Shown piece after piece: positions 26,822 through 39,200 of a stretch of DNA of 64,000 bases; position 1 is the stretch's first letter, and each line of letters opens with the position of its first letter. The position numbers were made by a program, and so were the translations under genes. Under the pieces are notes generated by a model, which saw nothing but the letters and a program-made list of their open reading frames with translations, had not been told where the DNA came from and did no database searches. This DNA is from Antedon mediterranea (Eukaryota > Animalia > Echinodermata): positions 2,294,001-2,358,000 of the forward strand of contig NC_092673.1 of NCBI RefSeq assembly GCF_964355755.1, written 5' to 3'.

Positions 26822-27743
26822 ATAGTATACAAATAATGAATGTTTATGAGTGCAATGGTACAAATAATGGCACGAGGTGAATGATGAAAGGTTATATCAA
26901 CGAGGCAAAGCCGAGTTGATATAACCTTTCATCATTCACCAAGTGCCATTATTTGTACCATTACACGAATACAAAACATTCATTATTTGTTTTATATAAC
27001 ATCTAAATAAATTCTAGTTATTTGAATCAAATAAAAGGTAGCCCTAGCCAAAGCTTACTACATTTCATTCACACACATTTGATTAAAAACAGTAACATTT
27101 GGTTTTTAATAATGTTATATTAAATGTTATATTTATATGGATTTCGTAAACACACCTACTTTTGTGTTAATTATGTCAACAAACGACCAAACAATCCTAG
27201 GCCTAGCAAGGCTAAAACGCCTAGGCTAGGCCTAGCCTAATACTAGCATGGCCTAGGCTAGACCTAGTAGCCTAGTACTAGCTTGGCTGAAAGGCAAAAC
27301 TTCGACAGACAATTGGAACTTATCTAAGCTAATTATGGTTTTTCCAACAATTCCACGTCTTGTAGGGATGTCCCCATTAATTAATCAAAATCCTAAAAAC
27401 GATCTAAAGCTAATTTAAATGCCTTTTTGAATGAAATTAGTACATAATGTCCAAATCGTACACAAATATCTGCTGCTGTTGCATATCTCGCGGTGGTGTT
27501 TACAAATGAAACTGAGACCAGACGACAGGTGGCGCTGTTGTATTTCACAGTACATAGCCATATCATAGGATAATTTGTGTACTAGATTTTTTTTCATCCG
27601 CGAGACGTTTTTTTTTTCGTACACAAAAATGTTTCAAAAAGTACTATTTAACGATCGTTGAATAGTGCGTACTATTGCACGCCATGTGACCCACATTCGT
27701 CCAATCAAATGACAGGAATTTATATAGGTGTTATATAATAGTA
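26822..27743. mobile_element. Non-autonomous element with large terminal palindrome (Crypton-like)
   Basis: About 160-bp hairpin 26829-26990 centred on cgaggc-aaa-gccgag; subterminal inverted ttatataacatcta / taggtgttatataa; 6-bp direct repeat ATAGTA at both ends; its right end recurs at 1405-1475. Confidence 0.6.
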
Positions 27744-28080
27744 GTTATTATGCACATACAGTAATCATAGTCGTTATGTATTGTATAAGCAAGTTAATAA
27801 TTTGATGAAGAGGTCACATAGACATAATGTTTAATTGCTAATAGTCAATCTACAGTTCATTAAGAATGTTTAGTTAGACAATAAATGCTATTAAATGTCC
27901 TGATTACATTATAATATTTATTTTAATATTTGCAATTTGATGTAACTAATATGTAGAGATATTTCTTAATAATAAAATTATATTAATATGTTAGGAGCAA
28001 ATTATCTGAAATATTCTGTTTTACCACATCGAAATTAGCAAAAAAAAATATCTTAGTGTTAAATTCATCAGAGAATCTAA

Positions 28081-28209
28081 AGCTCTGTCTGCACTATGAA
28101 CTAGTTTGACAAAAAAAAGTGTGATGTGCCCAAATATGGTCATCTTCATGTCCATATATGGGCACATTACATTTTTCCTCACATAAAATTTGATAGTGTA
28201 GACAGAGCT
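28081..28209 (-). mobile_element. MITE family A
   Basis: agctctgtctgcac...gtgtagacagagct. Confidence 0.8.
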
Positions 28210-31010
28210 TAGGTCCTCTTCCTAACCACTCGGTGGTTTTAAGATTGTGGTACCGGTAGAATGAATCTATACGCATAAGATGCAGGGATGAATTTTAATC
28301 ATTCAAATTTAGATGGGAAGGTACTGTATATGTGGATGTTTCTCTCTATGTGGATGTTTCTCTCTCCTCTCTGTGTTAGAATTAAAATGGTAGCTTTATG
28401 TTAATCTTAGTACAATGAGCTCATTCCCCTACGTTCAGAGAACACGGGACTCACCTTTACCTTTTATGTTAATCAGAGGCATTTGAAGCAACCCTTGAAA
28501 AAAGAATCACATATTCTGTGGAGATCCCATGTATATCATTCCAATTCCCCCTCTCCCATCTTATATTGTTTTCCTTTGCAAATTAACAATAAAAGACAAT
28601 TATGTTTGGTATATGTAGAGGCCAAGCAGTTGGTACAGTAGGGCTCTTTTTATTTACTCATTCTAGTAACGAAATGCAATTGGCTCGACTTCTATCAACA
28701 CAACCCTGTTTCAGAATATAAGGTCTTACTCTCTGCTTCCTTTTCAAGTTAAACTAAATACCCATCAATATTAAGTCTTTGTTCTATTTGGCGATCTAGC
28801 CCTTTATGGTAATTCCTTTTTAAGGACCTTGCTATGAACTCTCAAGAATATTACAATGTATTTCAGTTATAAATACCTTTATTTAGCATTGAAAAGATTA
28901 TATATATTTAAAGCTCTTTATTTAAATTCAATAGTTTTTCTAGTATGTTTAATAACTGTGTATAATGTACTTTCCTGAATTAGTGAGGTGTAAATATGTT
29001 GATAAAATTAGAATTATAAAAAAAAGATATTTGTAGAATTTCTTTTTTTATATAAAATCAATAGAACATAGTGTGTTCTGTTTTTTTAAATTGTTAATTT
29101 TGAATGATGGGAGGATGAATTTTGTCTAGTTTAGGTTAAAATAAAATTATAACAATACTTCATATAACAGTGATGAATTAATTGATTGATTTTTGTATTA
29201 GTTAATGAAAATTATATATATGTGTTAGTACAATAATAGACAGACCTACATTCTTGTTAAATGGACTTAAACTCCCAAAAACCATTTGTTATGGTATACT
29301 GTATATTAAAGATTTTATTAAAACTTTAATATTTTTGAATTAGAAAGTGTAATATATAATTTGAAATTTTCTTATGTAATTTTTACAAATATTTGTTGTA
29401 CAGTATGATGTTGTTATTTACAATTTACTGTAAAAAATAAACATACATAATTATATACGAAAACTGTGCAGTAAGTGGTGGTAGGAGAATACAATTAAAG
29501 TGTGCAGTATCGCAAACAATGGCTGCAGGAATTCTTCAAGCTTAGGCTATTCAATAATGAAAAGGCTGGTTAGCAAATTAAAATGTGTTTTCCTGTTATT
29601 TAGGTACTTCAGTCTAGGCTGTATATCACTACACATTCAATTCACAGTAACATTCCGGAAGTCTTCAACTTAAAGGAAATGCGTTGTCCTAGAATAATAA
29701 TTACTCTTTTTTCCTTATAATTTAAAAACTTTTTCCGAGGTCACCAGGAGATTCAAAGGGTGTGTAAACACTCCAGACAATATCTTTATATTATTGTTAT
29801 AGTTTTTTCCAGGGTCTTGTGAAAGACCTCTTTTTTTCAATAGGTAGGCTACCCTGGTAAAATTTAGGATAAATGTATAGTTTACCATTATACACTGGTA
29901 TTGTTTGTTAGTACCTACTTATTCACATTTTGATAATCTAGATTTTTGAAATTAAAATATAGGTTATAACTTATGGTTTTCTTGTTTATAGAAGTCTGCT
30001 GTTCTGGAAGTATTTTTCAATTATTCCCTATATTAAATGATATAAAGTGCTTTAACCATTTAGTCTCTGTCTTAACCACTGCTATAGACAGATCACTTTA
30101 TTGAGCTCTCATTAAAAAAAAAACTGGAAATTTAAACATCCATTTATAACAAAAATGCTATTTGTATCCAAAATCATACAATGTCTTTAAAATACAAATA
30201 TTCTGTAAACAAATATTGAAATTAACGGTTTTGTAGAATAAAAGGAGGAAAGATTTCATACGACTCATCTTTACCTTTTTAATATAACCTGTGTAGGAAT
30301 TGGCAATCACGAATACCATAAGAGTAAATCAACAGAGCGAAACAAATAACTGGGCATGCCTACAAACCATTCTGCGTTGTGATAACTTCTTTAGTGAATT
30401 ATACTTTCCCAGTAATTTTTATATATTTACATTAAGGATGTTCAAAGGTCAAATTTAAAGTTATTTTTAGCTCCCATTATCGGGTCAGTAACTAAACTGG
30501 TTACACTAGCCCGCCATGGGTTTTACTGATCATTGGTCAGCTGACCAACCTGAACTAAACCAAACACTGGTGTTGATATTTAGGCGTCTGTTCCCATTGA
30601 GCAAATAAAACATTACTGTTAAAAAGTCATGTGCAAATAAACAATAGAGTCTGGTAGCATGCCATAAAAAGTCTATTCTTCCCCTAATCCTAACCTGCCA
30701 GTCAACTGTATTCTGAAAATTTGAACCTTATAATATCAATTAGATGGTAGATGATGTATTGCTTAATTTGCACTAAAAGCTTTATTGACACTTGCCAAAG
30801 ATTTATTGATGCTACTAAAAAATTAAAAAAGTAGTAATCGAAATCGAGGAAAAATTTAAGGTGTCTGTAAAAATAACTCAACAGAAATTAATCAACTATA
30901 GTTTGATCATTTTAGAGATTCGAAAAAAACAGATGGGTTTCTTTTAATATTAAGCTATGTTCACACTTGTGTGCCATGGCGGGATAAAAATCAAGGGTGC
31001 ATTGCTTTAA

Positions 31011-31162
31011 ATTTGGTTCCCACTTAAACACAATGATATAGACACAACGCAAGTGAATTGACCAATCACAAGAGACAGTTTGGATGATCCATTGCATCGT
31101 GATTGGTCAAATTACTTGTGGCGCGCTTACGTCCTTGTGTTGCATCCAAGAAGGAACCAATT
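31011..31162. mobile_element. MITE family B
   Basis: ttggttcc...ttgaccaatcacaag...gtgattggtcaa...ggaaccaa palindrome. Confidence 0.7.
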
Positions 31163-32809
31163 TGATTTATTTATTTATATCAACAATATTTTACGAGGGT
31201 GGTTCATCCAGCCGAAGCTGGGACATTAGGGACCTTCACAAAACGACATACAGGTAAACATGTAACAATAAAAATTAAAACTAAATCTTGAGTGTAAACG
31301 GTTCCTAAATGCTACACCTATGTCCCACAATTTTTTATTTGACCGTTATACTGGAATTTGTGCTCAATATAAAAGTAGTTTTACAATACTGTCTCTGCTG
31401 TTACCCCGTCCACCGCCCCTCACAAAATGTTTGCTGTGGTTTTATTTTGTCTAAGAAGGCGGATAATTATTTTTAATATAAGTACGTATAAAATGGTAAA
31501 CATTTTAAAATTATGTATATCCAATGAATATAAATATATAACATGATTAAATATAGATGATCTTGTCCTACCACGTCAAATACAAAGTATGATGCACCAT
31601 TATTACAAATGAAATCATTAATGTATAAATAGATAAATAACATATGTTATTTGAAATATTCTCCCATATGTTCAAAATGTAAAAAATATATTGAGATTTC
31701 AAACAGAGAGTTATTGCTATTATTGTTAGTTTGTATGAATTGGGTAATTAGTTAATTACCCATCCTAAAAGTCTTAATTACTCAACTAATTTGTTTATCA
31801 ATCGCTTGTTTTCGTAAACGTACCAAACTTGTGCTATTATTTAGTTCAATACGTAATAAAGGCATAATTTTGTCCCAAGAAATCCATCAAAGTATTTACA
31901 ATCTTAGCCTTAGGGATCTCCTCAGTATTATGTCAGCTTTCGGTCATACTTTCATCAATCATCGAGTCCATCCCTAACTGCTTATGTACTGCTTGTACAA
32001 TGTGAGGTACCTATACTATCGTTGAAATAGATACAAACACTTTGATTGAGTGTCGAGCATTATGGTCGTTTTATGCCGCTAGCAATTTGTTGGCCGCGGT
32101 AAAGTGTTACTACAGTACTAAGTAAACTAATAGCTGACACTATTCTTGTTGTCGTTGATTATTACCGTATTATCTAATAACCATCATATTTGACATATCC
32201 TTCTTCATAATCAACTTAATTTGACAGCATAACAAACTATCTTTTTTTGTCATCCTTGTTTTTGTTGATTTGTGTTTTAGATGAATTTATGAGTCCTTTT
32301 TCCAATAAATGATAATCACTTACTAGTTAGTTCATTGAGCATCCTTTACGCAACATACAATTTGAAAATAAATAACTTATTAATTTATAAGTACTGATTG
32401 TTTTGTATCATTAATGTTTTATTATAATGTACAAATTACCTGTGGAAACATTTTTTAAATAAATGTCATTTAAATTATAAGAAAATTCACTTAAATAATA
32501 CTTTTACAAAATTAATTTTTAAAAGATAACTTAATCCTAATAATAGTAAACGCATTCATTTTGAGTTCATTATTCTCTTGTACATTAAATCAATTTCTTT
32601 GTCATTTAAAGAATTTAATTAAATAATTAGCATAACCATACAAGCCTGTACATTGACCTTTGACCTCTTAATTCATTTCAATCAATAAATTGTCATCCCA
32701 TGGGGCATTGCAACTATTATTGTAGACTCGTTTACATGTTAAATAGATATAATCATTCTTCTATATGATGCTTTAAGTTCATACAGTATCTTAAAGATAG
32801 CATACTAAT

Positions 32810-32964
32810 GCTCTGTCTACACTATCAAAATTTATGTGACAAAAAAATGAACATATACACAACAACAACATAAATATATGGACATTTTTATATATACATA
32901 TATACATTCATATACATATCACTACCATATTTGGGCACTTTTTTGTCAAACTGTAGACAGAGCT
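32810..32964 (+). mobile_element. MITE family A
   Basis: gctctgtctacactatcaaa...gtagacagagct with TAA on both sides. Confidence 0.75.
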
Positions 32965-32967
32965 TAA

Positions 32968-33588
32968 AGACACCTTCCCTACGTTTTTTAGATCTATTTT
33001 AAGATCACAAACTATATTTAATGAAAAAATAATACTATATGGTCCTATTGCAATAACTTTTTTCGTCTTTAAATGGTTAAAAATGTGAAAAATAAGTCGA
33101 TTCTAATCATTATAGCGGCCCGCTATAAATCCCAAAATGCATTGCGCGCGGATTGATATTTCTGTTTTTCTTCTGTAATTCACCCACTTTTCGATCGATC
33201 GTGAGGCCAAAACAAATGGAAGACTCCTAACTTTTCAGCGAAAATACCGGTTTTCCCCAATTTGTATCAACGGAGTCTGGCAAAAATAGAAAGACAATGC
33301 AGCAGCTATACAACGTCAGGCCAGGTATATAGCTAGCGTACGATGTTCGTACGTTACCGATGTTTACCAGCTAGGCCTACAAAACTAAGCCTGACTAGGC
33401 TAGGCCTAAAGACCGTCCACGAGAGGTCAGTCGCCGTGAGCTACTTAGGTAGTGCATTGTTTCTCACTTTTTATCATAATTTACCATAAAACGTACATTT
33501 AAGACAAGGAATGACCTGGTTTAATGTTTTTAAAGTAATATATATGTATTATTTTTACAAAACGTCACAAATTGTAGGGAAGGTGTCT
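32968..33588. mobile_element. 621-bp non-autonomous DNA transposon, TTAA TSD (Kolobok-like)
   Basis: Perfect 15-bp TIR agacaccttccctac / gtagggaaggtgtct, AG...CT termini, TTAA at 32964-32967 and 33589-33592. Confidence 0.85.
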
Positions 33589-34021
33589 TTAATAACTCGG
33601 ATAAGCCTATTCTTGACTTAAGCCCATCCATTATTAAACCCTTCTCCAAAAGCATATGGAACATTTCAGCATTAAGATCTAGATTTTAGTGTCAAATACT
33701 GTAAGATTGGTTTCCACATATAGTAAACTTTTTGATAAATATAGAAATGATGATATATATGTAGTTCTTTGTTAGTAAATGAAATGCATACTAGTAATGT
33801 ATAACATATCGTACCATACTTTTTCACCAAAGAATATTCATTTATTAGAATAGAATTTAAAATTAAATTAATACCTTTTAAGAAAGAATAAGAAATAATG
33901 TAAATAGAGGTTTTGTCAACTTTCCCAAAACCTTTGGTTTGCCAAAAATGAAAATCTAGTTTTTGGGAGAGTATGGTTTATGGAGAGTCGACTGATACTA
34001 CTTAATCTATAATGAAAAGGA

Positions 34022-34303
34022 CCCAAAAATGGTAACGATATTCACCTCGTCAACCTACAGCCAACTTGTTAAGTAGTATACCAAAAAGGGTAACGATATT
34101 TACCTCATCAACCTACAGCCAACTGGTTAGGTATACCAGTAAGGGTAACAATATTCACCTCGTCAACCTACAGCCAACTGGTTAGGTATACCAATAAGGG
34201 TAACAATATTCACCTTGTCAGTCTACAGCCAACTGGTTAAAAGTATACCAAAAAGGGTAACAATATTTACCTCGTCAGCCTACAGCCAACTGGTTAAGTA
34301 TAC
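34022..34303 (+). repeat. Tandem repeat, 5 x 55-59 bp
   Basis: Unit ccaaaaagggtaacaatattcacctcgtcaacctacagccaactggttaggtata starting near 34022, 34081, 34136, 34191, 34248. Confidence 0.92.
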
Positions 34304-35923
34304 TGCATTATGAATGCCTTGTCATCCCAAATATTGCACGTTGTTTTTTCTTTATGCTTTGTATGACAAACCCCAATGTTGCGTCTTGTATGAGAATGGT
34401 TTATGGCATGTGTTATTATCTTATAATGTTGCATCTTTTAGTTTATTGAAGACAAGAGATATTTCAGTGATTTATTCATTTTTTTTTTTTTTTTTAAGGA
34501 GGCGGTAGGGAAAGGAATTAGATTTCAAATTAAAATTTTTTATTGAAATATGTTTTTTATTTGTATTTTTAAAACATTTTTTGATGGAAATTTAAAGGTG
34601 TATTTAAAAAAATGACCATAATTAAACTGATATATAATAATTAGTAACAATAATTAGCACTGTATGTATAGCAAGTATTAAATATCCTTATAATGTTTAA
34701 AGCTTATTTTAACAAGATGTTTATACATTTGAATTATTAATATTTAATGAGAATCTTTTTAAACAATCATTTATTAAACAACATGTTTTGAATTATACTT
34801 TTAAATTCACGATAAACCAATTTATACGTATTATATTATTAATTATATGAAGACCGATCATTTATGTTAATTTGTATTTGGCGTTCTATAAATTTTATTC
34901 AGTTGTTAAAGATAGGTAGTTTTATCTGCCATGTTTGAGTTTGATTAAATTAGTTTTCTGGCTTTTCCTTCGATAATTTACAATGTCAATTTCGATTTGT
35001 AATGTGTAACAGCTCATATTTAAGTGAGTTGGGGAAGGAAAAGTAGAAATATGTGAAAGGAAGGAAGATATGAATGAAACTAGGCATAGATTGTTGGTTG
35101 TTGGTCCCGTGAGTGTTTGGTAGAGCCAACTCATAGGTTATTTTCTCAAACCAGTTGCAAAGCTTATTACGATCATGTTACTCTAAGTGAGGATTTTTAC
35201 CGTAGTTTTTAAGCGACTTTGCTGGATACATAATTCATGTTGTAAACATTGTAAGAGGTAACATTTTGGTTATTATTATGTTTGGAAAGTTATTACTGCA
35301 AAGGAAGGAAGAGTGATTCAGATTGGGACTATATCGACAGTACTCATGCCAAATTTATTCTTAGGCTATCTATCGCGGTGTACATGCAGCTAAAATACAT
35401 ATTATAATGGTGTTCACGTTCTGATTATTATGTATATTATTTCTGGGATGTTTTATGTTGGATTTGGTTTACTTGGCATAAGCCTGTTAGTTACATTCCC
35501 TGTGGTTTTATAATATAATTCAGTAACATTTAGTTTCTCCAATAGCATTGTGGGTAATATATTATTTTCCCATTTTTTGTGGATGTTGTTATTGATTTAA
35601 GCTTAAATATTCTAATAATTGGTGTATACAATGGTATTAAATATTAATTTAACATTTATTTGTATTATATACTATTTGTTAAACTTTTTGAATATAAAAC
35701 TCTATTTTGATATTAAATGTCTATAATTTTGAACATTAAATAAATAAGATAAATACCGATTAAATGGTCAGTTTATAAACACCGTCCCTTTCCTAGAACA
35801 AAGAATAACTAATTTATATCTCGTGTAATTTAATTCATATTATTTTGTAAATATTTAACAAATATTAATTATTTTCTTCTTTTCTTTCCCTCCATTTTTT
35901 ATTTCTTCCTTGCTTCGTATTAG

Positions 35924-36104
35924 TTACGTATTTGTAGTTGCCATTTCTCTGGTGGTGAGAAAAAAGAAGGCGATATCCCAGTGCCGGACCCACAAGTGGA
36001 CACGCCTATCTCAATCGACATTAGCTCCTACGTGAGGCCTCGTTCCCCTATGGATAAGAGGAAACCAAAAAGGCCCAGGATGTCTGTTGATCGAATCGCT
36101 GAAG
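35924..36104 (+). CDS. CtBP: THAP-CtBP coding exon 2: THAP C-terminal part, linker and basic NLS (LRICSCHFSGGEKKEGDIPVPDPQVDTPISIDISSYVRPRSPMDKRKPKRPRMSVDRIAE-G)
   Basis: Long polypyrimidine tract then tattag|, donor GAAG|gtatgt; 181 nt, phase 0 in and phase 1 out; supplies the C-x2-H of THAP; MDKRKPKRPR...DRIAEG resembles CtBP2 DKHKVKRQRLDRICEG. Confidence 0.92.
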
Positions 36105-36122
36105 GTATGTACATGTAGTTTA

Positions 36123-36225
36123 AGCTTAGTTCCGCAACATAATGGTGTACGCTCTTGAAATTGACCAATCACAAGCGACACTTGGATGATTTGTCTCTTC
36201 GTGATTGGTCAACTTACGTTTTGAT
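36123..36225. mobile_element. MITE family B, degraded
   Basis: ttgaccaatcacaagcga ... tcgtgattggtcaa; starts 18 bp after the exon 2 donor. Confidence 0.55.
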
Positions 36226-39200
36226 ATCTGTGTACCCTGTTGAGATGCAGGAAACATAGTGTGTTTCATTGAGTGAGGGGAAGTGTACAACCAAAGCATG
36301 TGATGTTGAATTGTGGCAGAAAAGGCCTTGTATTCCATTGCACAGATTATGAAATGTCAATAGATTACATAGAAATTCATCATTGTATACGATTATTGAT
36401 CTTGACTAATATTTATTGTTTATATTAATAGCATGCAGATACAACTAAATTGTTAACAATTAATTAATTTTTTTTGGATTTGGTATTTATTTTATAAACT
36501 GCAAATAGAATATTAAAACTTATACTAACATAGATTTTCATTTTCAATTATTTTGCAATAATTTTGTAGAAATTCTTTGATAGTTGAAAACTCTTCAACA
36601 AAATAACAACAAATTTGTTTATTTGCCATGAGATATTGTGTGTATAAGTACTGTAAATTCATTTATTTATTTATTTATTTATTAACAATATTTAACCAGG
36701 GTGACCCAATCAGTCAAAAAGACTGGTCTCCCTTAAACAGAGCACCCTATTATATCGTAGCTTTTGAAGCATTCTTTATAAGGTTGTAACGACATCTAAA
36801 AGCTTCTTAAATACACACCGAGAAAGATTTCTTTAGCGGAAACGTTTAGCAGTAAGACATGATATCATTGATTTTCCGTAGTGCTGTACAATCACATGGC
36901 TTTCTTTGACCTCATTATTGATCTAAACTTTAAACGGTTGATAAGACATTTTACAAGTATATTTCCACACTTGAGTATAATAATGCAACCCCCCATCAAT
37001 TCAGGCATAAGATTCAAGGGTATTATTCTGATGTGCAAAGATACGCTCCTTAAAATCCGTCCACCCGGCCTAATTTTAAGACATGCACCTCCCATCTATA
37101 AGCTTCTATCCATTTTTCATTTTGATAATCTTGATTTGTTATATAAATATTTATTGCTTTTTATTAGTAAGAAGTTGTATTCTGTTTTTAAACATTTTCT
37201 TGTATCAGTCATGATGTGTGCAATAAAGAAATTACTTCATATTAATATACAAACTGGAAAATTCTAGAATTTATGTTTGTACAGATGTATACTAACTGCT
37301 AATAATGTATAATTGAATGTTGCCCAGATATTCTTTACTCTGAAACATAATCTAACACTTCCTTCCCTTTCCAGTAGGTCAATTGTCTTGTCTTCATCGT
37401 TGTTCTTTATTACATAGTTTTATTAATGTCGAATAAATTTACGTTTATTCATCAATAACTATGTATGATAGGGTTAATTACCTCCGGTATAACTATAAAT
37501 ACCTAAGGCCTATTGTTGGTAGTGACAACCATAGCTATGTTGTGGGAGCACTAATGAAGAAATAGTGTCCTGGAAAAAGGCCAAAATCATGCTCAGCAGA
37601 AGGCCTTATTAAACTGGAGTGCAACCACCATCATTTAACATTTAATTATAAAATAATACAACCAGTCTTACATACTTTACTGTTAGTTTTTCATAAGATA
37701 ACACATAACCCAGTTCATTTCATTGGATGCCCACTTGTGGATTGTTCGAGAGTGAGTAGGCTTCTATCTGACGCAAGTTTGTGATCAAAACTCCCGAATA
37801 CTGTAATTACAAGCTAGACTTCCCACTTCCAAATACATAAACTTAGCCAAGATTATTTTAATCACGTATTTAGCTGAATTATGTCTTGGCAAGCCATGGT
37901 TACACTCACACAAAGTATTTAATTTATAACAGCCCACTGACATAATGATGATAACTGTGCATATTAAAGTTAATCCGACTTTAATCATTCTTTCTAGCCA
38001 TTGAAAAATCCACCAAGTTTTCTACATTAAGATTGGCTATCTTTAATATAGGATGTCAACTAGCTATATCACTATTTTTATGGCCATATTCATAATTATA
38101 GTCGACTTTATCATTATTGTCATGTTTTTGTCATCTTCATCACTTGTCTTTAATCATCACAATCATCATTTGCATCTTTCAAATAATAAATTTAAACTCA
38201 AGTTTAAGAAATAAATATTGTTATGTTATAGAGACTGGACTCGATAAGTATCTTACTTTTTTTTAGCTCCTTCCTATGTTAATGTTGTTACTATTGTTTT
38301 ATCAGAAAAAAGAAAGGAAATAAATTTGAATTTAATTGTAAATTTATCAAAATGATAAACAGATTGAGAATATTTTTTGAAATCATTAATTCTACAAATT
38401 GTCAAATTTCCTACATTGCAAAAAAAAAACAGTTTATGAAACTAGATCAGTTGAGAAGAATCGTGTTAAAAATGTTGATATTTCTAAAAAGAAAAAAATT
38501 TGTGGTTATTTTTGGTCTGTAGTTAATTAGGCGTAAATACATCGGAATGTTAAAGTTTATATTTCGGACTGAATTCATTTTTGAGATGACACTTTAGCTT
38601 AACATCACGATGAACAATGTTCAATTGTTCGTCAGTTTTATTTAAAATTCATTGTCAGAAAAAAAAAAACGCATCCTTGACGCAATAATAACAAAATGCT
38701 AACAATACTTAGTATAATAAGAATAACAACATCTCAGTGAGATCAATTTTAAATGTCACTTGACGTGAACGGATTAATCGTACAAAGTGATGAATTGACA
38801 GAAAACTCGGGTTTAGCATCTTGAAGGGGGTATTCAGTGACAATTATGCGGATCCGGTTTGAGCAATAAGTACAAAATAACTACCGGGAGATGTTTATAG
38901 CTTATGTTTTATTAAATGTTCTTTATGAGTAGGTATGTGGGGTTTTTTTGGTTTAATTTTAGGCATAATTACTGAGAATTCACAGAATAAATGTATTATT
39001 AATGATATTTGTCAAAATACTTGATAAGCATACTTAAAGTTACTTGATTGATTAGTTCATAAAGTTATTTTGGACTCTGCCTTTTTTAAAGTGTGAGTTG
39101 AACGCATCAGAAACAAGTTATGGTGGTTTGTGCCATTAACTTAAGTTCAATATTTGAAACAAAAGATAATAAAAAATGAAATGAATTCTTCTGAATTATA

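Noticed and set aside
34022-34303. CRISPR-like array
   Set aside because: Whole units are repeated with no variable spacers.
36005-36028. PISIDISS in the THAP-CtBP linker as an autoinhibitory PxDLS motif
   Set aside because: Does not fit P-x-D-L-S spacing; too weak to claim.
36660-37267. 128-aa and 67-aa ORFs next to a LINE/SINE-like tail
   Set aside because: No recognisable protein motif; only the short tail at about 36660-36735 resembles the SINE 3' end.
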